From positions 44,950,001-45,014,000 of the forward strand of contig OX597835.1 of assembly GCA_951406725.2 (NCBI GenBank): a DNA stretch of 64,000 nt. Reading direction: 5' to 3'. The notes below the pieces were generated by a model. It ran no database searches. It was not told where the DNA came from and worked only from the letters and a program-made list of their open reading frames with translations. Of the stretch, positions 1 through 13,050 are shown piece by piece. The translations under genes were made by a program, and so were the position numbers. Source of the stretch: Octopus vulgaris (lineage: Eukaryota). The stretch's first letter is position 1, and each line of letters starts with the position of its first letter.

Positions 1-68
1 CTTGCTTTTTCAATTGTCATTTCTTAACATTTCCCATTTACAATTGAAATAATTATTCACTACACACC

Positions 69-71
<3 letters not shown>

Positions 72-125
<54 letters not shown>
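72..125. repeat. (CT)n microsatellite
   Basis: Pure TC dinucleotide run. Confidence 0.95.
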
Positions 126-131
<6 letters not shown>

Positions 132-288
132 TCACACTAACTTACTGTATTTTCATTTGTGACAAGAGACTAATTCCTGAAACGCTAAACACCAAATGTC
201 AAATTTTCCAACTTTAAACAAATATCAAATTCGTTAAGATTTGTTCTTTCTAGTCCTTAATGCATGCATACATACATACGTACATACA

Positions 289-632
289 GTGGAGGCGCAT
301 GGCTCAGTGGTTAGAGCGTCGAGCTTACGATCTTGAGGTTGTGAGCTCGAATCCCGGACCGGGCTGCGTGTTGTGTTCTTGAGCAAGGCACTTTATTTCA
401 CGTTGCTCCAGTTCACTCAGCTGTAGAAATGAGTTGCGACGTCACAGGTGCTAAGCTGTATCGACCTTTGTCTTTCCCTTGGATAACACTGGTGGCGTGG
501 AGAGGGGAGGCCGGTATGCATGGGCGACTGCTGGTCTTCCATAAACAACCTTGCCCGGACTTGTGTCTAGGAGGGTAACTTTCTAGGTCCAATCCCATGG
601 TCATTCATGACCGAAGGGGGTCTTTACCCTTT
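289..632 (+). mobile_element. tRNA-derived SINE (family D here)
   Basis: Head GTGGAGGCGCATGGCTCAGTGGTTAGAGCG with a pol III A-box (TGGCTCAGTGG) and B-box-like GCTCGAATCC, then a body containing TGTGTTCTTGAGCAAGGCACTTTATTTCACGTTGCTCC. A degenerate minus-strand relative lies near 46880-47050. Confidence 0.8.
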
Positions 633-639
633 ACATACG

Positions 640-671
<32 letters not shown>

Positions 672-811
672 GTAATTAGCTTCCCCATGTTGATTCAGAC
701 ATGCACGGACTAGTTTCAGAGTATTTGCACTTTATCAATGTGGATATGTCGAACACACCATGCGATGCTGTCAACAGTCTGTTCGAAGGTTTATATATAT
801 TCAGCGGAACC

Positions 812-819
812 TACATACA

Positions 820-890
<71 letters not shown>

Positions 891-922
891 ATACATATAC
901 ATATATATATATATATACATAC

Positions 923-989
<67 letters not shown>

Positions 990-1000
990 CATACATATGT
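812..1000. repeat. (TA)n/(TACA)n microsatellite
   Basis: Directly visible; source of the IY-repeat ORFs. Confidence 0.95.
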
Positions 1001-1545
1001 ATATTATATTTACTTATATGTATATTCTATTTTTTATATATATTCTACTTATTATACAACATCACTCTTTTATGTACACTTTTTTATGTAAATTCCTTTA
1101 TGTACACTGATTTGTTCTGCATTTTTATGTTTAACCCTACAGTCTCTTATGTGGTGGTTTAATAAAGTATGTGATTGAGTATTATCTGGTAATTGATATT
1201 TGATTTAGATGTATTTCTCCATTTTCTTATCTTGTATTAGTAATTTGTGGTAAATCATTTTACCTTTGCCCATATAATGCAGTAAATGAAATAATTGCAT
1301 CGCAATCCTTAACATTTATGTATTAACTTTGTTGGGTACTTCACTAGCAATATATTGGATATATGTTATCCCATGGAGGGTTGCATTTACAACCCCTATC
1401 TCAATTTGTATAAACATATATAGATGTACATGCAGTCACGCGCGTGTGCACAAACACACTTGGTCTCACTCCCACGCACACACGGGCACATATATGGATG
1501 TGCATATGTGTATGTGTGTATGTATATGTATGTGGGTGTGTGCCT

Positions 1546-1760
1546 GTGTATTCGTAGATTTACACCCACACATATAGAATCTCCTCAAAAGAGAAAATGT
1601 TATCTGAAAGTAAGGAGATTTTGAGGTGATGTATACGTGTGCACAAATATGTGCGCGCACGCGAGTGTTTGACCTTGTGTATTCGTACACATACACCCAC
1701 ACATATAGAATCTGCTAAAAGTGAAATTCTTATCTGAATATAACGAGATTTTGAGATGAT
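1546..1760 (+). repeat. Diverged ~130-bp direct duplication
   Basis: GTGTATTCGTA...CACCCACACATATAGAATCT...TTATCTGAA...GAGATTTTGAG occurs at ~1546-1630 and again at ~1677-1760. Confidence 0.75.
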
Positions 1761-2194
1761 GCGACTTAATCACGTTGGTTATTTTTCGAATTTATTTTAC
1801 AACATTTTGAATAATCTCAGTAGAATGTAATAAGAGTAAAACTCTTTTAAATGATCACTTCAAAACCGCTCTAACGTACGATTAGTATCGGCAATATATA
1901 TATATATATATCATACACGCACTAATACACTCACATACATAAGCTCGTATGTTGTGAAGATTGAGAGATGGTGTTTCTTTTCTGAAGAACTCAAGAGACG
2001 AAGGCCATCTTTTAAATTTGGTAAGCCGATGTAAATAGATTTTTTTCTTTTTACTTACCATATTATTCATTTTTTATGAATTTTATAGTCATGATCTAGG
2101 ATGGGAAGGTAGCAACGAGCAAACGATGAGAAAATGTAATACGTGCAAATACTTACACACATATATACCTATAAACGCATACATATATACATAG

Positions 2195-2281
<87 letters not shown>

Positions 2282-2283
2282 AG

Positions 2284-3930
2284 TATACGAGACGGTGCCC
2301 AATCGTAATCCGAAACATTGTTTGTATCACAAGCCTTTTGTAGTTCACGCTTTTGCATCTAGAGTCCACTTGATGCAACTCTCGTTCGGCATCGTCTGGT
2401 GGGGTTGTACTGCCACGTGACGCGTCTTAATTTTGCAGTGCTTCTCCCGTGTTCGTGAATTTTTGCGATTGCTGAAACGAAGGAACAACCTGCTTCTATG
2501 AAGTCCTGTTTTCTCCTGGAAAAACTGCGACCGAAACAGTTGTCATACTTCAAACAGTTTACAAGCTCGCTGTCTTGAGCAACACAGAACTTTACAAGTG
2601 ATTTTCATAATTTAGGAACAGTCATTTTTCACTTCAAGACTCTCCTAGTACACGTGACTGTCAACCCCCGAACGAATGAAAACATCACGAAAATTCGAGA
2701 ACTGATCTTCGAGGACCATCGCCAACCAATTGACGAACTTGTTGATATGACGAGTGTGTTCTGGAGATCCCGCCAACGAATTTTGAGCGAGGGATTGCGA
2801 GTGAAAATCGGGAGCAATCACAAATGAATGTATGTTGTGCACTGAAAGAACAGCTGGAAGGGGATCCGAACACTTTTTCAAAGGTCAAAAGGTCAAAAGG
2901 TTAAAAGGTCATCACTGGTGACGAAAGCTGCTGCTACGGCTATGATCCGGAAACGAAACAGCAATAAAGTCAATAGAAGCATTCAATGTCACTACGGCCC
3001 ACAAAAGGGCTTCAAGTGAAGTCAAGGCGATGCTGATTTGTTTTATCGATGCGGATGGAATCGTCCACACATAAATTTGTTCTCCTTGGTCAAACAGTTA
3101 ACCAGGCATTTTACTTCGCAGTCCTGAAGAGTTTGCGAGATGCGTTGAGATGGAAACGCGACGACCTGTGGCAAAGTGGATAGTGGTGAAGGCGGTTAGC
3201 ACGCCGGGCGAAATGCTTAGCACTATTCCGTCTGCCGCTATGAGTTCAAATTCCGCCGAGGTCGACTTTGTCTTTCATCCTTTCGAGGTCGATTAAATAA
3301 GTACCAGTTACGTACTGGGGTCGATGTAATCGACTTAATCCGTGTGTCTATCCTTGTTTGTCCCCTCTATGTTTAGACCCTTGTGGGCAGTAAAGAAATA
3401 GGTATTTCGTCTGTTTTTACGTTCTGAGTTCAAATTCCCTTGAGGTCGACTTTGTCTTTCATCCTTTCGAGGTCGATAAATTAAGGACCAGTAGCGTACT
3501 GGAGTCGATCTAATCGACTGGTTCCCTCCCACCAAATATCAGGTCTTGTGCCTAGAGTAGAAAAGTGGAGAATTGTTGGTTTCGTCACGACAATGCGTCC
3601 GTCACCACCGCCTTTGGTGTAAGGCACTTTTTGACCAACAATGTCATGATCCCGCCCACCCACCCTCGTTATATTCACCTGATCTCACTCCCTACAGCCT
3701 TTTTTTTTTTTTCCCGAATGAAAATGTCCTTGAAGTAAAACGTTTTGCTGGAGAGGTGAAGAAAACGATGGAAGCGTTAAAAGCTATAACTTTGCAAGAG
3801 TTAGGATTGCTTCGAAATGAGGAAAAGGCGTCTGGAGCGATGCATTGCTTCAAATGGAAAGTATTCTGAAGGCACTAAAAATGTAAACATGAAATGCCTA
3901 GTGAATAAAATAATATTGCAAAACCCGTTT
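2284..3930 (+). mobile_element. Decayed mariner DNA transposon interrupted by SINEs
   Basis: Plus-strand remnants across frames: ENITKIRELIFEDHRQPIDELVDM, ITGDESCCYGYDPETKQQ, MLICFIDADGIVH, GQTVNQAFY, HDNA, YSPDLTP, RRLERCIASNGKYSEG. These are mariner transposase motifs with many stops and frameshifts. Termini are not resolved. Confidence 0.85.
3188..3570 (+). mobile_element. Two tandem units of tRNA-derived SINE family A nested in the mariner
   Basis: GTTAGCACGCCGGGCGAAATGCTTAG...GAGTTCAAATTCCGCCGAGGTCGACTTTG.CTTTCATCCTTTCG.GGTCGAT.AA.TAAG.ACCAG, with the core repeated twice. Mariner coding resumes at ~3577. Confidence 0.85.
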
Positions 3931-4775
3931 AGCCCGAATCCCCCGGTGTTCGACGTGTTCGGATACGCTCTTTTGGTAGCTGTTGGTGTAATTGGAGTGA
4001 AAGACTACAATACAGCTACAGCAGTTCCCTGTATTTGTAACTGGACTGGTGATTCGGGATGCTGGTGGATGTCGGTAGCTCAGCTGTGAGAGACTGTGTA
4101 TGAAGCATCAGTATCAGTATTCATTACGTAGGAAGAACCAAATATGAAGCCGTCGGGTGGCAACTAACGTTATGCGGCCATCGTATGTGCGTCGTAGTTC
4201 ACCTAATTCTATGATGGTATTTGTTTGTTTTCAGCATCCAGAATCTGGAAGCTAACTAACAGTGGTTACCTCTGGTGGCAACAATAAAGTAGTCTATTTT
4301 TCTTAATGAGTATTTACATTTACATCGAATAGAAATAAATATAAGAAGCGTAAGTAAAGGCTAACATAATTTTACCCCACCCCCCACAAGTGTATAAAAA
4401 TTCGTATTGTCCAATACACCTACGTTATTATGTGTCATCAGTACATAATCGACATGGCTACATATGTCATATTTGATACGAAACAGCTGTAACCTCTATT
4501 GTCTCATTCTCTTTTTTATAAATTTTCATTCGATGCCAATTAATTCAGTAACAATTAAACCTACTTGTGTTCATAAGCTGTTTTTACTTCCATACCTGGT
4601 CAATCGTTCGAACTTCGAACACTTGAGCCACCCGGCATGGATAGGGTTGGCATTTAATATATTATTTATCTAGAGTGATTCTTCGTGAGTATCTTTAGCA
4701 ATCACATTTGCCTTCCTGTTCTCCAGCTCTCTCATTATCTTTGTCCCCCTCTGTGCATACATACACACATACACT

Positions 4776-4864
<89 letters not shown>

Positions 4865-5548
4865 GTATATATATATATATATGCATGCGTATATGCATCA
4901 ATTTATCTAGACGCACAGGCATGCACATATATATATGTACATATACATTTGTGTGTGTGTGTGTGTGTAGTTGGGCAAACATATACATGTATGCTTGTCG
5001 TAGTATGTTTTGCCGTACACATTATACGTATTTAGTCACGCTGACAGAACGGCGACGACCACGGACAACGCAATAAATCAATATTATCAATCTGTAAAAG
5101 GTGTTAAATGAATCAGTGGAAGAGGTTGTATAAAATCACATTTTTGACACTAATTTGATTCCTGATTAATCTATGTTTGACACTGTTTCGCTCGCCTCTG
5201 TTTATACATAAGACGCATGGGCTTACGACACGTGCGCTGTGTTTATTACGCTTCAGCTTACAATTCTCCCTTCCAATCTTTTCCTCCACTTTTTTCTCCT
5301 TCTCTCTCAATCTCTCTCTCTAATTCTTTCATTCTCTCCTTCACTTACTTTCTGTTTTTCCTTCTTTGTCTTTATGACTTCTTTTCTGCAACAGTATCTC
5401 AATTTTTGTTTCATTCCATATTTTTCTATTTATTTCATATATAATGTCCTCACTCTGCCACCTGTATATATCCATCCATCTCTCTCTCTCTTTCTCTCAT
5501 TCTCGTTCTGTTTCATTCTCCCTCTCTCCCTCTCCCTTTACCTTGCCG

Positions 5549-5596
<48 letters not shown>

Positions 5597-5709
5597 AACA
5601 CTTGTAACTCACATTCTCATTGTGCCTCTTTCAATTTTCCTTTTTATGTCTGTGTCTTTCACTTTCTTTTATCTCCATGTCTTTTAACAGTTCTATTTAT
5701 CGTCACAGG

Positions 5710-6390
5710 TTCAGCAATTGTACTTGGCTGGTAACATATTTTATCGACTGCAAAAGGATGAAAGCCAAAGATGACCTCAGCAGGATTTGAACTCTGAACG
5801 TAATGAACCGAAAGATATGTCGCCAAGCATTTTGTCCAAAGTCCTAATGATACCGCCATCACGTCGCCTTCTGTGTCATTTAATATAATTCTGTAAGAAT
5901 ACAGGGTGGTTTGTAGGTATGACTACAACCAAAAAATATGGCTGGTATAATTCTTTCTACTATAAGCACAAGGCCTGACATTTTGGCGGAGAGGAGTAGT
6001 CGATACCATCGGCCCCCACTGTATAACTGGTACTTATTTCATCGATTCTGGAAGGGTGAAAGGTAAAATTGACTTTATCGGAACCTGAAACATCGAACAT
6101 AAATACGGACGACAAGCAACTAAGCATCTTGTCCGGTGCGCTAACGATTCCGCCTTTTATGACATCTAATATATTTCTGATCACCAAGGTGTGGAGCTGG
6201 AATAATCGTTAGGACACCAGGCAAAAATTTTTATGCGGTGTTTCGTCCGTCTTTATGTTCTAAGTTCAAATTCCGCCGACGTAGAATTTTATTTTCATTT
6301 TTTCAGGGTTATTAAAAAAGGTACCAGGTAAACACCGAGGTCGATTTAATCCCGAAATTGCTGGCTTTGTGTCAAATTTGAAACCGATGT
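5710..6390. mobile_element. Cluster of three degenerate SINE family A copies (two minus, one plus)
   Basis: Family A motifs at ~5720-5870 (-), ~5955-6160 (-) and ~6188-6385 (+). Confidence 0.65.
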
Positions 6391-6908
6391 TATTTTATTC
6401 ACCTATATAGTCGTTTATAGGAGTATTATACCGATTCCAGTAAAATCATGTTCAGTATAATCAGACGCAAAGTTAATCTCGGTGAGATATGAAATGACGA
6501 TATAAAATCCTTTTCAGGGAAATTTTTCAGGCGTTCCTAACGCCCTGCCAATCCACTCCAAACATGTTTTCACCTTTTACGTTTCATTTCTTTTCATGTT
6601 ACCACCATCCATCAGTCTGCATCTTCTCTCACCTCAATTGCCTCAATCTTTTTCTTTCTCTTGCTTTCATTGTGTCTCTCAGGCATCTCTCTGTCTATCT
6701 GGAACCCCTCTTCATTTTAGCATTTTGCGTTTTCCTGTAACTACACTCAACCTTATTATAACAAATCTCAGGATAAATATCTTCACCAAATGTGTAAACC
6801 TAAATCTACCTCTGCTAACGATTTAGCTTTCCTGATCTGCTAGACATAGTAGCCAATGCATCACTCTTCCTAACTTACACTGAAACGAATTAAAAGGGCT
6901 CATTAGAC

Positions 6909-7146
6909 TAGTTGTTCTCAATCATGATCTCACTATGGATCCGTTTGATTCCTTTCTTATTCGAATTGACATTCATAGTCATTTCATGTTTAAAAATCCT
7001 TAAAAACCTTTATAATTAAATATAGTTTAAAATTGTTAAAACATTTTGTGCATTGTTGAAGTATAAGCAATATTTTGCACATTTATTTTAACAGCAAAAT
7101 TATATACGAACCCCCAAAGGTCGTCGACCCTGGTTGAGAACGACTG
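6909..7146. mobile_element. hAT (Charlie/Buster-like) MITE
   Basis: Termini TAGTTGTTCTCAA / TTGAGAACGACTG; 8-bp TSD CATTAGAC (6901-6908) / CATTAGAA (7147-7154) with central TA. Confidence 0.7.
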
Positions 7147-7253
7147 CATTAGAAGATTATGTCTGTGAATAACATTACAAAACGAAATGCGGTTGGAACG
7201 CCATCGCTCATGGGTCTCCATAACTGGTCTGACACGACACAACAGGAAAGGCA

Positions 7254-7491
7254 GTAGCGTCACGTTCGACGTAGCGTCACGTTTGACGTAGCGTCACGTT
7301 CGACGTAGCGTCACGTTCGACGTAGCGTCACGTTCGACGTAGCGTCACGTTCGACGTAGCGTCACGTTCGACGTAGCGTCACGTTCGACGTAGCGTCACG
7401 TACGCCGTAGCGTCACGTTCGACGTAGCGTCACGTTTGACGTAGCGTCACGTTCGACGTAGCGTCACGTTCGACGTAGCGTCACGTTCGAC
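7254..7491. repeat. 17-bp CpG-rich minisatellite, 14 copies (GTAGCGTCACGTTCGAC)
   Basis: Counted directly: 238 bp = 14 x 17, with three variant units. Confidence 0.95.
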
Positions 7492-7834
7492 GTAATGCAT
7501 ACCACGACCTTTACCTGCAATTGCTGTACCGGCACCGACAAGGTCAACAACGCCATGAATACCACCGTTACTACGACTAACATGACAAGCAGCACAGCGC
7601 AGCCATTAAATAAATAACTATAATTTGTAACCCTACCATCATAAACACAACTACCATTATCACTGTAATTAAACCACACCTCAGTCCTACTACCACTCTC
7701 ACAGAGTGACCATCGCCACCATCACCACCATCATCGCCGCCCCTAACACTGTGTGACACTCAATGATCATAGCAATCATTCACATCATAACATCCGTTGC
7801 CGTTGACACTGATGTCACCATCGCAACCTCCAAT

Positions 7835-8045
7835 ATTGGTTTCAAACTTGCGTACGACGCCAGCAATTTCCGGGAAGGGCGTAAACGGATTACACCAACC
7901 TCAGTGCTAAGTTGCTATTTTTTCATCGATCCCGAAAAGATGACAGGAAAAAGCGACCTCGTCGGAATTGAAACAGAACGTAAAGACGGACGAAATGTCG
8001 CTAAGCGCTTTGTCCGGCGCGTTAACGTGTCCGCCAGGTCACCCT
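7835..8045 (-). mobile_element. Degenerate SINE family A
   Basis: CCCGAAAAGATGACAGGAAAAAGCGACCTCGTCGGAATTG...CTAAGCGCTTTGTCCGGCGCGTTAAC matches the reverse complement of family A. Confidence 0.7.
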
Positions 8046-8535
8046 CGAGAAAAGACGAAACTAAATGGTATCGGGCAGCTTAGCCAGCAATCCACTTTAC
8101 CATTGTCAGCACCACGAGAGCTACCTTGGGACATACAACTGTCATCGATACCGCTTACACTATCAATGCCACTAGTAACACCACTGACTCCATTACGTAA
8201 TCCAATGTAGCTACGACACCAAAAGTATTTACACGACTAATACTACCACTCGCACCACATTACCAGAATTACTGCCATTACCACAAGTGTTACCATTACC
8301 ACCCCCACTACAGTCAATACTATACTTGCCAACAACCACACAACCAAAAATGCAACGAATTACTCAACTCCCACCACCACCACTTTCATGATCTCCGACA
8401 AAGGTACCCTCAGGCAACCCTCCAACTCTACAAACACTTACCAGCACAACCTACGCAACAACAATTATCATCCAACGTAACTAAGCAAGACACACAATCA
8501 CTATCACCAACACCAACACCAACACCATCATCAGC

Positions 8536-8590
8536 ACGACGACTACGACGACTACAGCGACGATGACGACGACGACGACGACGACGACGG
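8536..8590. repeat. (ACG)n trinucleotide repeat
   Basis: Directly visible. Confidence 0.9.
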
Positions 8591-9064
8591 CTGCCTCCAC
8601 CCCAAACACACGTATCACAACTATTCAACCGGTCGTTAAGCAATTTAAACAGTGTTAAAGATTTAATCCCATCGTTAATATTACATTAACATTTGATTTA
8701 TCTATTTTCTCAATACTGCATATTTCCACACCTATATAGATACATCTCTCTCTCTCTTTTCCTTAATTTCATTCTCACTCACGCACACACATACACACAC
8801 ACATATAAAATACCCTATCGATGTCATAAATTCCCATTTCTCTCTCACCTTATCCCTTCCACTCCGTATATTCCTTAAGTGATTTAGTCTCTGGTTATTC
8901 CTTATTGTCACCTCTATATATAAACGACTTCCATACTCTTCTCTTTCTCCCCCTCTCACTCTGTCTCTCGCCTTCTCAACCATGACCAACGCCAACAATT
9001 TCAGTACCGGTGTCCAGAGGCCCGGCAAACAATTCAGCTGTGCCTCTCCGATCTCTCACTCCTC

Positions 9065-9480
9065 TACAGGTAAGGCTGTGTGATAAAGAAGTTCAGTTTC
9101 ATTCCTAGCGGATGATTCAATTTCCAGGTGTTTTCTTCGGTGACCTTGAACTGACCAATGTCTTGTGCGTGAATTTAGCAGATGGAAACCGAGTGGAATT
9201 TTGTCTATATCTATATATGTAAGCATAATTGTGTATACGTGTGTGCGTCTTAATGTTTGTGTTTGTCCCCTGCGTTGACAACAGTGTTTTGACAATTAGT
9301 ATCTTGACAACTGAGTTGGTTTGTTTATGTCTCTGTAAAGCTATAAACACACAGATAGAATAATACAAAATAAGTATTGAGGTCAATTTCTCTTTCGGAA
9401 ATACTGAAGGTGGTGGTGCTCCAGCATGGCATAATCCAACAAATTACAAATGAATAACAAAGAAAGTAGAAAATAAAATA
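9065..9480 (+). mobile_element. Degenerate SINE family B
   Basis: GGCTGTGTGATAAAG...GAATTTAGCAGATGGAAAC...TGTTTGTCCCC...GGTGGTGCTCCAGCATGGC align to family B. Confidence 0.6.
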
Positions 9481-9984
9481 TCTGTTTCAATATCACTACT
9501 TGACTATCGTCTGTCAGTCTTGGACATTTCTGTGGTCCTTCACATCATTCGTGTCCTATATTTCTGCAATTTGTAGATTGTAAATCAGGTGAGACATTTT
9601 GGTTGTACTTTTAATTATTTCTTATGGAATTCGATAGTTTGAATGGCAGCTTTTTGATGTTTTAATTGCGATGTCGTATTGGGTCATGGTTACCTTTTTT
9701 CAAAAGCTGTCAAAGAATTTCAGAAAAAAACTTCATGTTATTTATGTTCTTTATGGAACTTTGTTATCACAAATCTGAATTTGAGCTCCCCCTGTGGGAT
9801 GAAGTTAAAATAATAGACAGGGAACACTACTGAAAAATAAAAACCTTAAAAAAGCAACACATATGCTGGACACAACAATCTCCTAAGTAGACCGAGTGCA
9901 GATATGAGTAGCATATGAGAAACGGTATTAAGGAAGGATTGGAGAATATTAGATTTATAAAGCCTAAAGTTCACTCCATAATTG

Positions 9985-10065
9985 CCCAGAGGCATAGTGG
10001 TTAAGAGCGCGGTCTAGTAGCCCCAAGATACCGAGTTCGATATCATGCAGTGACCTGAACAATAA
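9985..10065 (+). mobile_element. Short tRNA-derived SINE-like head
   Basis: GGCATAGTGGTTAAGAGCGCGG...GAGTTCGAT carries A- and B-box-like motifs but no complete cloverleaf. Confidence 0.5.
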
Positions 10066-10727
10066 TCCGACTAATGTAAACAATATACATAATTCTTCAA
10101 ATATTAAATATAGATGTGTTCCACACCTGTATTCTTATATTTCGCTCACACTCTCTACCCCTATCTCTGTCATATCTCTAGGTTTTATATCACTTTGAAA
10201 TACTTTGTGATATGGCTGAGTATTCCGCATGTAAATGTCCTTAATGTAGATGTCAAACAGAACCAACGTCGCATACTGTGAGATGATCGGGACCAGAATA
10301 ACAAGAAGAATTCGTCCGACTGGTTGCTAAGCATTCTCTGTCAATCCAAATTCCCAGACATGCATTTGGTCCACTCGTGGTTACAGTACAACGTATAAAA
10401 TTACTTGGACACAATGCCATGCGACAGGATCGAACCCAGAAACGATTGTTTTTAAAGTGAATGTTTTACCCGCTTTACACGAATGCGTCAATACAGAAGG
10501 TTTCTGAATACTGTTCGTGAACGAAAAGCCATTCACAAAGTATCGATCGAACTGAATCAATGAGAAAAGACATTATTCTAAGGTACTGCGCAATGAGATT
10601 GAACACGGAAGCACGGGGTTGACATGCGAACTTCTTAACCGCACACCTGTATAAGCGTTTATACATCCACGCTTTTCAGGCAACATCTATCATTAATCAT
10701 ACCGTATGTCATTCACTGTGTTTCACC

Positions 10728-10895
10728 ATAGGCGCAGAAGTGGCTGTGTGGTAGGAAGCTTGCCTCCCAACCACATGACTCCGGGTTCAGTCACACTGCA
10801 TGGAACCATGGACAAGTTTCTTCTACAATGAGTTCGGGCCGATGAAAGCCTTGTGAGTGGATTTGGTAGAAGGAAACTGAAAGAAGTCTGCCCTA

Positions 10896-10942
<47 letters not shown>

Positions 10943-11026
10943 CATAAATGAGGGCGCAAAGGAAAAAAAATTGTTTATAAATTTAACCGTTAAAGGTATT
11001 TTCGAAAAGAATTTTATCCTCACATT

Positions 11027-11061
<35 letters not shown>

Positions 11062-11420
11062 TATAAAGTACACAAACGATGCTCATTATGCTACATGGAT
11101 GTCTTAAGTGTTGAACAGAAAGGATACAAGGAGAAAAGTTAAACAAAAACAAAACGGTCGGGGAATTATATATACTTGTGTGTGTGTGTGTATGTGTATG
11201 CGTGTATGTGTATATATCTATGTGTGTGTAATGTTGTGTCTGTGTTTGTCCACCCCCGTCACCTCTTGACAAGTAGTATTAGTATGTTTTCGTCCCTGTA
11301 ACTTAGCAGTTCGGCAAAAGCGACTGATAGAATAATTACTAGTCTTAAAAGATAAGTCCTTCAAGGTGGGGCACCACAACGGTCACAGTCAAATGACTGA
11401 TACAAGTAAAAGAATAAAAG
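10728..11420 (+). mobile_element. SINE family B (CORE-like) with inserts in its central microsatellite
   Basis: Head ATAGGCGCAGAAGTGGCTGTGTGGTAGGAAGCTTGC...GGTTCAGTC; 3' tail CACAGTCAAATGACTGATACAAGTAAAAG. The central (TA)n holds unrelated blocks at ~10940-11165. Confidence 0.8.
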
Positions 11421-11449
11421 ATAATTTTTTCCACATTTTTAGTGCATTG

Positions 11450-11508
<59 letters not shown>

Positions 11509-11529
11509 CTACCACCACCATCACCACCT

Positions 11530-11765
11530 ATTTCTATTTCTTTACTACCCACAAGGGGCTAAACACAGAGAGGACAAACAAGGACAGACAAACGGATTAA
11601 GTCAATTATATCGACCCCAGTGCGTAACTGGTACTTATTTAATCGACCCCGAAAGGATGAAAGGCAAAGTCGACCTCGGCGGAATTTGAACCCAGAACGT
11701 AACGGCAGACGAAATACGGCTACGCATTTCGCCCGGCGTGCTAACGTTTCTGCCAGATCGCCACC
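11530..11765 (-). mobile_element. SINE family A, well preserved
   Basis: Near-consensus reverse complement: ...CCCCGAAAGGATGAAAGGCAAAGTCGACCTCGGCGGAATTTGAAC...CATTTCGCCCGGCGTGCTAACGTTTCTGCCAG. Confidence 0.9.
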
Positions 11766-11790
11766 ACCACCACATATATATGTAGGCATA

Positions 11791-12304
11791 TCTATATATT
11801 TAAAACCCTAGTTGTGTGAGTGCTTGTCCCCTTCGATTTAGATTCCTAACTACTCCCACATTTTGCGGTACAGTTTAACCAAATTCGGGTATCTTATAGT
11901 CGTGATTCATATCGAGCCCGTCTGGCTATTAGCGCGCGTCTACGATGAGTCTACGATTTTAAAAATAATTTAACATCATTTTTTATTCCATTTTAATGCA
12001 TAATTTTTCGTGTGTCGATGGCGGCGGAGTTGGCGTCCACGATCACACCTGCACCTGTTTGCTTCTCCCCCTTCTTCCCTCCCTCGTGAAGCTGTGGGGA
12101 AGGGAGTGTAAGGAAATCAACGTCGTAAAGCGTTGTTAAGGAGACCAGCGTTCTTTTAGAACAACGACTTCATGGCTTGAAGACACCAAAACAGAAATGG
12201 CTAAGAAAGCCCGAATTGGCATCTATAAGGGAAGTAACTCTCTAAAAAATGCTTATATAGTTATTTCCCTTACAAACCCGAGCAACGCCGGACGATACTG
12301 CTAG
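11791..12304 (+). mobile_element. Non-autonomous Helitron
   Basis: A|TCTATATATTTAAA start; 3' hairpin CCCGAGCAACGCCGG followed by CTAG|T end; inserted between A and T with no TSD. Homologous to 14487-14884. Confidence 0.85.
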
Positions 12305-12604
12305 TACATTTATAAGCGTTGACTCCATTTCGAAATATCAAATCGCTTTAAATGTTGACCTCATTCTCTACAAATCCTACAATTTTAATATTTTTTTCTC
12401 GTTCTAATTCTCCACTTGTGCGCAACGCTCCCACTTTCTCAACGACCAGAATCGTTTGTATATCGACGTCGCTCGTTGTTTATTTTTATCTCTCGCATCT
12501 CCAATAGAATTAATAACGTTGCAGCACTCTTTCACATTTCCCTCATTGCTGGAGTAATTATTCTTTTCCCGCTTTTAACCTACGGCGATTTATGATCTTC
12601 ATAA

Positions 12605-12677
12605 TGTATATATATATATATATATATATACAGATTATATATAATATATATTATATATATATATATATATTATAAAC

Positions 12678-12741
<64 letters not shown>

Positions 12742-12894
12742 GTACATATATATGTATATACATGTATATGTTATATATATGTGTGTGTGTATATGTTTAT
12801 GTTTTTATCTATATATAGGTATATGTAATTATACATGTATATATATATGCATATATATATATATATATGCATATATGTATATATAGTTATATGA

Positions 12895-12943
<49 letters not shown>

Positions 12944-13004
12944 TGTATTGTATGTATATATTTTATTAATTTGCATTTATGTATTATATACATATGTGTG
13001 CGTG

Positions 13005-13045
<41 letters not shown>

Positions 13046-13050
13046 GAGAA
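12605..13050. repeat. (TA)n-rich low-complexity tract ending in (GA)n
   Basis: Directly visible. Confidence 0.9.

Noticed and set aside
157-192. Degenerate hammerhead-like GTGACAAGAG...GAAACGCTAAAC; similar weak cases at ~1982 and ~37283
   Set aside because: Core and helix II are too decayed to distinguish from chance.
289-365. Functional tRNA genes at SINE heads (also 35499, 63312, 9985)
   Set aside because: A and B boxes are present, but acceptor stems do not pair and each continues into a repeat body.
701-1162. Long ORFs rich in IY, VC, TH, MYVC, poly-N/L/I/S/E here and throughout the track
   Set aside because: They are translations of microsatellites that lack stop codons; there is no domain content.
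3960-4089. Cys/Trp peptide VPCICNWTGDSGCWW resembling a small toxin or defensin
   Set aside because: Only three Cys before a stop, no clean start or signal peptide (the ORF begins in mariner sequence), and no supporting splice structure.
7254-7491. CRISPR-like array
   Set aside because: Head-to-tail repeats with no unique spacers, no cas genes, and a eukaryotic context.
7495-8600. Mucin-like Thr/Pro-rich exon
   Set aside because: ACC/ACT-rich decayed trinucleotide sequence with no long open frame and a SINE in the middle.
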